Below the pieces are notes generated by a model, which did not search any database, was not told the DNA's origin, and saw only the letters and a program-made list of their open reading frames with translations. A stretch of DNA of 64,000 nucleotides from Bdellovibrionota bacterium. Lineage in GTDB: Bacteria; Bdellovibrionota_C; UBA2361; JBGSMV01. Position 1 is the first letter of the stretch; the number at the start of each line of letters is the position of its first letter. Location: NCBI GenBank assembly GCA_044356455.1, contig JBIKWF010000002.1, forward strand, positions 511 to 64,510, read 5' to 3'. The position numbers and the translations under genes are program-made. This document shows, piece after piece, positions 56,960-64,000 of this stretch.

Positions 56960-58663
56960 ATGATGAGCTTGCCTCCTAGTACCCCTTCCCCTACTTCCGC
57001 GACTGCAAGCGCCTCTTCTACCATCTCCCCTCAGGCCTTCACCTTTACAGAGCCGAAAGAGACCCTGGCACAAATCGCCGATCTCGCCGCGGCGAATCTC
57101 ACCTCTGCGGTAAGCATCGATTCTCAAAGCGATGAAACTGCACAGGGCAAAATCCCCAGCACCCCTGGCCAGATCGCGATGGGAGAAGCCCTTAAGAAAT
57201 TTTTTTCAGGGCTAGGCCTTAGCGCCGTTAACGACGCCAGGATGAGTGTTATCGTAACGATTCCCTCAAACATCTCAGGAGCTCAGCCGCCGCCAACTGC
57301 ACTCATGGTGCACATGGACACCTCAAAGGGAACCTCTCCCTTGTCTCGCCTGCACGAACTCCCAAACTGGGATGGCAAATCGATTTCGTATTCTGAGGTC
57401 CCAGAACTTGAAGTTAACGCGAGTCGCTACCCCCATATTGCTCCGCTCGTCGGACAAACCCTTCTCCATGGCGGCGGAAAATTTCCCTTTGGACTCGACG
57501 ACAAAAACGGCATGGCTGAGCTCATGACCATGGCCCAGCTCCTTGTCTCCAATCCATCCATTCCCCACGGAGAGATCATTCTCGGCTTTCGCTGCGACGA
57601 GGAAATTGGAAGCCACGCCGCGGTGACGAGTCTCGCCGATCTCCTTGCAGCACGAGGAGTAACATTCGGCTGGACGGTTGATGGCACTACACCTTTTGAA
57701 ATCAATACTTCGAATTTTAACGCAAGCCGCGCTGACATTCTCCTTGAGACTAAGGCTCTCGAAATCCCGAACTACTCAGAGTTCAAAGAAGTTTCGGTTG
57801 ATATCACCGGAGTGGACACGCACGGCGCCACGGCAAAAGAGGAAGGCTATCTCAACGCCGCCATCGTATTTGCTCGCCTAGTTAAGCGACTCGAGAATCA
57901 GGAACAAGTGCTTCCCGTTGCTTTCGACAGAACCGGAGGAAAGGAGACCTTTGGGACACTAAAGGTTCTTATTTGCGGGTCTGATGCTCAAGACATTGAA
58001 AAGAATCGCCTCGTATTTACAGACGCACTTGAGGCGGAGATTTCCCCGCACCGCTGGAAAGGCGCAGACTTTAAGGTAACTGCCGAACCAGCTGTTACCC
58101 CAGAAACTGAATCCTATAATGATGGCGCTCTCCGCGTAGCTGGCCATCTCCTCAAATTTTTGGCGGAAAGCAAATCTTCCCCCCTGCTCTCTGAGGAAAG
58201 CTCAGGAGACCAGGGTTACACCAACCCACACTACGTCGCCGCGACTGAAAAGGGCTATGTCGTTCGCTATCGAATTAGGGATTTCTCCGTTGATGGCCTC
58301 AAGAATCGCGAAGAGGATCTTTCGCGAATTTGCCAGGAAAGTGGACTTGGAACAGCTACCATTACACAACAATATGTAGACATGGGACCAAGCCTTCAAG
58401 GTGCTCCCCAACTCACTGCGCTCCCTAGAGCTGCGTTTGAGCCGCTGCGGCCCCTGACAAACTTTGCGGTTCTCGAAACACCTATCCGGGGCGGAACTGG
58501 TGTTGACGAGTTCACCAAGCGCGGCGTTTACGTCGGGAACCTTGGAGCTGGATACTTTTTCCTCGAAAGTGGAAAGGAACTCACCACACGAGAGCTTCTC
58601 GCGCTACATACAAGATGGCTCCTTAATCTTGTTCAGGCGGTTGGTAGTTTGCAGAGGCAATAG
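56960..58663 (+). CDS. Divergent, enlarged peptidase T (M20B)-like protein
   Basis: IPSTPGQ, HMDTS, GLDDKNG, DEEIG, TVDG, NFNA, RIRDF, PIRGGT. Confidence 0.8.
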   Translation: MMSLPPSTPSPTSATASASSTISPQAFTFTEPKETLAQIADLAAANLTSAVSIDSQSDETAQGKIPSTPGQIAMGEALKKFFSGLGLSAVNDARMSVIVTIPSNISGAQPPPTALMVHMDTSKGTSPLSRLHELPNWDGKSISYSEVPELEVNASRYPHIAPLVGQTLLHGGGKFPFGLDDKNGMAELMTMAQLLVSNPSIPHGEIILGFRCDEEIGSHAAVTSLADLLAARGVTFGWTVDGTTPFEINTSNFNASRADILLETKALEIPNYSEFKEVSVDITGVDTHGATAKEEGYLNAAIVFARLVKRLENQEQVLPVAFDRTGGKETFGTLKVLICGSDAQDIEKNRLVFTDALEAEISPHRWKGADFKVTAEPAVTPETESYNDGALRVAGHLLKFLAESKSSPLLSEESSGDQGYTNPHYVAATEKGYVVRYRIRDFSVDGLKNREEDLSRICQESGLGTATITQQYVDMGPSLQGAPQLTALPRAAFEPLRPLTNFAVLETPIRGGTGVDEFTKRGVYVGNLGAGYFFLESGKELTTRELLALHTRWLLNLVQAVGSLQRQ

Positions 58664-58722
58664 CAAACTCTGGGCAGGAACAACGCTAGGCAGCTCATTG
58701 TCAGTGTCGCAAACTTACGCCC

Positions 58723-58758
58723 CTTCGTGTCCATCGCGCCCTGCGCGCTAAATCAACC
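58723..58758. repeat. Degenerate half repeat of the 9-bp-periodic family
   Basis: CTTCGTGTC CATCGCGCC CTGCGCGCT AAATCAACC. Confidence 0.45.
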
Positions 58759-58850
58759 TAACGTGCTCTTTCACTCTATAGTGCCTTTGGGTTACACCGC
58801 CTACTGAGGAGCTTCTCCAACTAAGCTACGTTCGCCCCCCCCTTCCACCT

Positions 58851-59006
58851 ATGTCGCAACATCCCTTACCCACGAAAACCTGCCCGATTTGTCAGAGGCC
58901 CTTTCGCTGGCGAAAGAAGTGGCGTCTCAACTGGGATCGGGTCGTTTATTGTAGCGATGCGTGCAGGAAGGGCACACCTCGGGGAAAGGCTCACATTCTC
59001 AAATAG
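58851..59006 (+). CDS. DUF2256 family small Cys-rich protein (absent from ORF track)
   Basis: Hand translation MSQHPLPTKTCPICQRPFRWRKKWRLNWDRVVYCSDACRKG... fits the DUF2256 pattern LPxKxCxxCxRPFxWRKKW...YCSxxCR. Confidence 0.88.
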   Translation: MSQHPLPTKTCPICQRPFRWRKKWRLNWDRVVYCSDACRKGTPRGKAHILK

Positions 59007-59169
59007 ATTCGATAGTTATGCAGAGCGAGAACAAGAATCCTAAAAGCTGGATTTGGATAACACTCGCTGATATCGTTCAAAAATTCGCATAGAGCACGCG
59101 GAACTTTGCTTCAAAATATGAGAGGCTCGCGGCGACGAACTGAAAGTTAATTTTTAGCGGTATGAAGTT

Positions 59170-60648
59170 GTGACCGCAGTTGGCATCACAAATAGCCTTG
59201 CTGCCTTACGTGAAAGGCTTGCTGCACTTAACAAGGGAGTAATCCCGGAGAATGCAGTTGAAGCAATCGGAGCTTCGATTGAAGATCTCCGAATGCTCAC
59301 CACTCAAATTGGAAGCCAAGATCGAGATCTAACTCCGGTGGAACTCTCACGTATTGGGAGCGCCGTGAGCGAACTTCTAAAATTTATTGAGCGAGACATC
59401 AGAAAGGTTGGGATTCTAGAGTCGCCCCTCCAGGTCCCCCCAGATTTATTAAGTCTCTTCCCGCTCGAAGGTTCGCGCGTTCCTCCAATAGAACCAAAGA
59501 GGCTTCCCGAGAAGTTTGATCCGATGGCACTTGCTGCTGCTCGTCTGCAAATTCGACAGGCTAAAGCGAGGCTCCCAGAACGCTGCGAAGTATTTCGTGA
59601 TAAGAACACTGGCGCATTAGCAGTTCTTGTCGTGGACGATAGCTCTTTGGGGACAACCACAGGCGGGGCTCAGCTACGTGGCGATTTTCACGATGCAGAA
59701 GGAGGTGGCCAGGATTGGGAAGATCGCCTCATCGACAAAGTTAAAGGATTCGCACGTTGCGGAACCTGGAAGTGCGCCCTTGGGACCCTTCCTCTAGGTG
59801 GGGGAAAGCTCGTGATATCAGCGCCTCCCGCACTTCTCTCCGCCGCTCTCACCGTTCCTGATGCACGTAGGGAAGTTAAAGAATTAGTGAAGCGAGTAGG
59901 AGAACGATTTCAGGACTGCAACTACCATGCTCGTCCCGATATGGGCATGTCTAACGAGCTTTTTGATGCCTATGCCGAAGGGGGAGGAAAGATTAATCAA
60001 AGCTACCCCTTCGAGAATGCCGCAGAAAGAACTGCCCTGAGTGTCGTGGGAGGGATTACCGCCGCCTTGCGCTACCGCTCCGGTGCAACTCTGAACGGAT
60101 CTTCCATTCTCGTCGAAGGAGCGGGGGGAAGAATTGGACAACAGATTGTACGCATACTGGTAGAATCCGGCGCGGCAGTCACCATCAGCAATCGAGATCC
60201 AATTACTCCACAGCTCGTGGAAAGTTATGGCGTTGCAACTCTTTCACCTGAAGATCTTCTAGAACGCCGAGCAGATGCTCTTTGCTGGGCGGGCCCCCCA
60301 GCTACCGTGGGCATTCATCAACTTACAAAAATTAGAGCCCCAATCGTGACTGGATGCGCCAATGATTTGCTAGTCCACCCCGAGTTCTATCGATTACGCG
60401 GAGATCTATTAATTATTCCTGCGGCAGTCGTAACTTCTGCCTCCATGGTAGTCCCCACCATAAAGGCTCTTGAGCGACCGGACTTACGACCGGAATCAGG
60501 AAATATTACCAACCGCGTGCTTGCTGAATATGACGAATGGCACGGAATGCTTACTCCATTCGAGGCCATGATTTTGTCTGCAGAAAAAGCGCGGCTACGA
60601 TCGCGTTCGCACCTCGCAGAAGGGCCACATTTTTTTGCAGGTAAATAA
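59170..60648 (+). CDS. Divergent Leu/Phe/Val dehydrogenase (ELFV)-like protein with N-terminal helical extension
   Basis: TGALAVLVVDDSSLGTTTGG, TWK...LGGGK, PDMG, EGAGGRIG, IVTGCAND. Confidence 0.75.
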   Translation: MTAVGITNSLAALRERLAALNKGVIPENAVEAIGASIEDLRMLTTQIGSQDRDLTPVELSRIGSAVSELLKFIERDIRKVGILESPLQVPPDLLSLFPLEGSRVPPIEPKRLPEKFDPMALAAARLQIRQAKARLPERCEVFRDKNTGALAVLVVDDSSLGTTTGGAQLRGDFHDAEGGGQDWEDRLIDKVKGFARCGTWKCALGTLPLGGGKLVISAPPALLSAALTVPDARREVKELVKRVGERFQDCNYHARPDMGMSNELFDAYAEGGGKINQSYPFENAAERTALSVVGGITAALRYRSGATLNGSSILVEGAGGRIGQQIVRILVESGAAVTISNRDPITPQLVESYGVATLSPEDLLERRADALCWAGPPATVGIHQLTKIRAPIVTGCANDLLVHPEFYRLRGDLLIIPAAVVTSASMVVPTIKALERPDLRPESGNITNRVLAEYDEWHGMLTPFEAMILSAEKARLRSRSHLAEGPHFFAGK

Positions 60649-60793
60649 ACTTAAATATCAGGATGTTATCTATTCGGGAAAGATTTTGTTTAATTTGATA
60701 CGCACTATATACTGATTCGGTTGGGGCGCCCCAACTCAATAGCAAATCACGAGCCCCTAAATTAAATTCAGAATTGTTGGAAAGACATTTTTC

Positions 60794-62071
60794 ATGGCAA
60801 GTCGCGGAGCACAACCGAGGAGGGGTCGAGGAGAAGATACTCCGACCGCATCCCTAGCGCAGCTAGCCGACAGCCTATCGCCCCAAGCACGTGTGACTAT
60901 GCCCTCAGTGACCATGCCCTCAGTGACCATGCCCTCAGTGACCATGCCTTCCGCAACACTGATCGCTCAAGCAATTTCGCGCCCTCCAGCACACTCCTTT
61001 AGTTACCGCTTCAAGGTCACGGGCGGCTTTGCGCGCGCTCAATTGGTTCTTGACTCTGATTCTTACTCGCAGTTTCTAGGTGGACTCCAAATTCGCTCAG
61101 CCTCTGACAAATGGGTGAATACGCCAACCAAACTGCAAGAGTTCGCTGAATCGGCGGCGCGCTACGCGAGCTGGAAAGCATGGCTCAGACAAGTACCCGT
61201 TTCTGGCGGCAAGCTCGTGGTTACCCTACCCGACGCACTCTACAAGAGCCAAGACGCGAAGGCGGCGAACGAACGCAGAGATATAATCCGCAAGCTTGCG
61301 AGTGCTATATCCAAAGATGGCCACGATTATTGGGCAAGACGTGACACTGGGCTGAGCAAGGATCTGCTAGATGCTTTTGTGCAGGGCGGTGGAAAGATGG
61401 CAACCTATAGCCTACAGCCAGATGCCTCCCGCTACACCGCAGAAAGCGTCATCGAAGGTCTCGCGTGGGCTCTTAGAAATCGCTTTAGCATTCCAAGCCT
61501 CGACGGGGCTCGAGTGCTTGTAGACTACTCCGGCGGTAAAGTGGGAATGGAGCTTGCTCGAGTCTTTAGCAGCCGCGGAGCCACTCTTTCAGTTGTCGAT
61601 CGAGATGAGCCTTCCCGGCAAATCGCTGCGGAAGTTTCTGCGGCTCTTGTTCCAGCAAGCGTGGCCTACGACAGTCCCGTGGATGTCTTCTGCTACGCAG
61701 GGCAGCCGAGGCAGTTTACCGCAGAGGACGTTCTCCGGTTTAAGGCGAAGGTTGTCGGTGGGCCCGCGGATGATCTGCTCGCAGACTCTGAATTGTACCG
61801 GAACCGCCTCCCCCAGGAGTGCCTTATTCTCCCTGGCGCCGTACTTACTGCAGGATCGCTAGAATTGCCTAAGTCAGCGCCGGAATCAGAAGAACTTGTC
61901 CGTATCGCTTCCCGCGAAGTGGTGGGCAATGTGCTTGCTGAGCTTGAAAATCCCCTCTGCTCGCCATTCGAAGCCATGGTGATTGTAGCCAACAGAGCTA
62001 AAACGAGAATAGAAACCTTCCATACCGTATCCTCGGCAGCCCAGGAGGAGAGCGGCCGCGGGGGCAAATAG
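60794..62071 (+). CDS. Second, more degenerate ELFV dehydrogenase-like paralogue
   Basis: FLGGLQIR, SWK...VSGGK, RDTG, YTAESVIEG, VVGGPADD; C-terminal SPFEAM shared with the upstream gene (TPFEAM). Confidence 0.7.
   Translation: MASRGAQPRRGRGEDTPTASLAQLADSLSPQARVTMPSVTMPSVTMPSVTMPSATLIAQAISRPPAHSFSYRFKVTGGFARAQLVLDSDSYSQFLGGLQIRSASDKWVNTPTKLQEFAESAARYASWKAWLRQVPVSGGKLVVTLPDALYKSQDAKAANERRDIIRKLASAISKDGHDYWARRDTGLSKDLLDAFVQGGGKMATYSLQPDASRYTAESVIEGLAWALRNRFSIPSLDGARVLVDYSGGKVGMELARVFSSRGATLSVVDRDEPSRQIAAEVSAALVPASVAYDSPVDVFCYAGQPRQFTAEDVLRFKAKVVGGPADDLLADSELYRNRLPQECLILPGAVLTAGSLELPKSAPESEELVRIASREVVGNVLAELENPLCSPFEAMVIVANRAKTRIETFHTVSSAAQEESGRGGK
60893..60952 (+). repeat. 15-bp coding tandem repeat (VTMPS)x4
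   Basis: GTGACTATGCCCTCA, two GTGACCATGCCCTCA, then GTGACCATGCCTTCC. Confidence 0.9.
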
Positions 62072-62143
62072 GAAGGTCCTAGAGATGCTTCTATTGGTTA
62101 CCTTACTAATGCACATCTGGTGCACATCTAGTAAGCCTATCGT

Positions 62144-62917
62144 TCATCCACTTTCAGAGCTCCGGGGCTGATAGAGTCCCAGCTCTGTTATATATTGCCT
62201 GACACGCGAACTAAGGTTCTTTGGCTCAACTCCGCCTGCCAGCTGCTGGCGCACTTCGGTAGATGAGATTTCAAGAGGAGGGTTATCTAGGACAGATCCT
62301 CGAATCTGCTCGAGCGCCTGCAGCCCAAGCCGAGCCCCGATTCTATCCCAAGTTTCCTGAGCTATCGCCCCTCGGCTCACTACAATCAGGCGCACTGAAT
62401 CAAGTAGAAGCTCGGCCATTTTCCAATCCGGAAGTCGGCCTAATGTATCGGAGCCCATAATAAAGAAAAGCTGCGCATCTTTTGCTATCTGCTCTCGCAC
62501 GTCTCGCAAAAAAAGGGCGGTTGGTTGCTGACGCTCTCTACGCAATTCCTCCGCACTCACCATCCACGTGGGGTGGTCATCAATGGCAAGGCGAGTCATC
62601 ATAAGCCGCTGGTCAGGGCTGGCTCCGGGGCGATGCGCCTTAAGAGGATTGTAAGGGGTCGGAACAAAGACCACCGAATCGAGACGAGGGAGACTGAGCT
62701 CCGCACACCCGCGCTCCGCTACTTCGGCACAGAACGTATGGCCAAGGGTTATCGGATCAAGAGACGCTCCAAGGATTCCAATGGCTCCCCGAAGCCCACA
62801 AAAACTCTTTAACTCGGAATCTCGGAGGCCAATAGAGGGGGGAACGACGAGTGAATCTTTCGGATCACCATTCCCGGGGGATCTCGCGGGAAATGCCGCA
62901 TCATTAGGCAACAACAT
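62144..62917 (-). CDS. nadD: Nicotinate-nucleotide adenylyltransferase (NadD)-like
   Basis: IGILGASLDPITLGH, NPLK, FIMGSD...W, ISSTEVR, VRQYITELGLY. Confidence 0.85.
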   Translation of the reverse strand: MLLPNDAAFPARSPGNGDPKDSLVVPPSIGLRDSELKSFCGLRGAIGILGASLDPITLGHTFCAEVAERGCAELSLPRLDSVVFVPTPYNPLKAHRPGASPDQRLMMTRLAIDDHPTWMVSAEELRRERQQPTALFLRDVREQIAKDAQLFFIMGSDTLGRLPDWKMAELLLDSVRLIVVSRGAIAQETWDRIGARLGLQALEQIRGSVLDNPPLEISSTEVRQQLAGGVEPKNLSSRVRQYITELGLYQPRSSESG

Positions 62918-63420
62918 GGGGGAGAAGCTATTCCCATCCCCTCAAAAATGCGAGAGGTAATTTACTACCAGGTGCCCGGCTTCTCCCCAAAATCATGCGG
63001 AGTAATCCGAATCGCATCAGCCGAAAATCCCGGCGCCGTAAGAGCCTCAATAGCCCAATCATCCCCCCGCTCTCCGCTGCATGGTTCGACACTCACCCTT
63101 CCATAACTTACCGAAACTCTCGTGCAATCTCGGTAGAGAGTCTCTGGGTCCCCTGCGGGCACAAGATGCGAGCGAATTCTCAGGTTCGATTGCTACAAGA
63201 TAGTCAAGATAATCAGAAATCCGGGCGCAGGCCTCAAGATGATTCGGACCATCAGAAAAGAGAATGGTCTATTCAAAGCATCCCAATCGAGAAGCTTTGG
63301 CCCTATCCCATAAGTTGTTGATATGAGTAATTGATTTTATTGTCGAGTGGTCCCTTTCTTATCATGGAAATAGATCCCCCTCCTTTGATTACCCAAGAGT
63401 TCTCGAGTAAATGAAGGAGC

Positions 63421-64000
63421 ATGTCCCACACCACCCTCTCTCGCATCACCACTGCCTCGCGCCGCGATACAGCTTTTAAGCCCATAATTGCAGTTGCCCC
63501 TCATATCGCTGGCCGTCCTGCAAACTCAAAAGAAGGCCTCGTAGTCTTTAGAACTCCGCCGCGAGAACAAGTTCCGCCCCGCATCGCGTTAATCGGAGAT
63601 AGAGAAGTATCGAATTTTTCCGCGATTCTTGAACACGCAGCACTTTTCCCACACGCGTTTTCACCCGTAGGCTTGATTGTTCCCGGGATAGATATCGATA
63701 CGAGAGTGATAGAGCTCCTCAATCGGTATTTTGAGCCCACTGCTCAAATGAGCATGCACGCGGTGGACGTTCCTGGCACAGAACAAGGGAGTCATGATGG
63801 GTTCGTCACCAGCGAGCGCCATGACTTCTCGTTTATGCACTGCCCGTATGACGCCGAGGCGCTTAAGAAGGATCCGAGCTATCGCTCCCGTTTTGGCGCT
63901 GCCCTGGCCGAGCGCATTCAATCAATGTCTCCTGAGCTCGTACTTCTCTCCAATTTTAAAGTGGTGCTCCCCGCAGAACTACTTGAGCTACCTGATATCC
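63421..64000 (+). CDS. Partial ORF, divergent formyltransferase (PurN-like) fold; runs off the window
   Basis: AAGGAG RBS; hand translation ...PRIALIGDREVSNFSAILE...FGAALAERIQSMSPELVLLSNFKVVLPAELL resembles PurN RIAVL.SG.GSNLQA...PDLVVLAGFMRIL. Confidence 0.5.
   Translation, partial: MSHTTLSRITTASRRDTAFKPIIAVAPHIAGRPANSKEGLVVFRTPPREQVPPRIALIGDREVSNFSAILEHAALFPHAFSPVGLIVPGIDIDTRVIELLNRYFEPTAQMSMHAVDVPGTEQGSHDGFVTSERHDFSFMHCPYDAEALKKDPSYRSRFGAALAERIQSMSPELVLLSNFKVVLPAELLELPDI

Noticed and set aside
62965-63321. ORFs 62965-63162 (-) and 62995-63321 (+)
   Set aside because: Short and mutually overlapping, with no clear RBS or motif; possibly a gene remnant but unsupported
1-64000. tRNA, rRNA, tmRNA, transposase, integrase, prophage or defence genes
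   Set aside because: None recognised by eye. The lone nucleotidyltransferase at 47652 has no HEPN or AbiE partner. A tRNAscan/Infernal run is needed to exclude small RNAs

Overview
Bacterial chromosomal window. Gene content suggests Bdellovibrionota/Oligoflexia or another former delta-proteobacterial lineage (inference only). It carries: a DUF1800/DUF1501 pair; a System I cytochrome c maturation cluster (ccmE,F,A,B,C,D; ccmH separate); rpoH; a type IVa pilus locus (pilB, pilC, regulator, pilA, pilGHI-like); nhaA, kup, ppa, hldD; the rpmH-rnpA-yidD-yidC-mnmE block without dnaA; proBA, lepB, ygfZ, cyoE; and divergent enzyme paralogues at the right end. I found no rRNA, tRNA, CRISPR array or transposase. 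Most interesting signals: (1) a PilS-PilR fusion lacking the kinase and receiver domains, i.e. a membrane-anchored one-component sigma54 activator, directly upstream of a sigma54-promoted pilin. (2) About 11 short elements with shared IS5-like terminal repeats and YTAR target sites. They carry interchangeable 9-bp-periodic REP-like hairpins, and the same kind of hairpin also occurs free. (3) A second 109-bp element family carrying an NrdR-box-like palindrome. (4) An animal-type GH56 hyaluronidase. (5) Recurrent 15-bp tandem duplications. All calls come from reading motifs by eye; no database searches were run.
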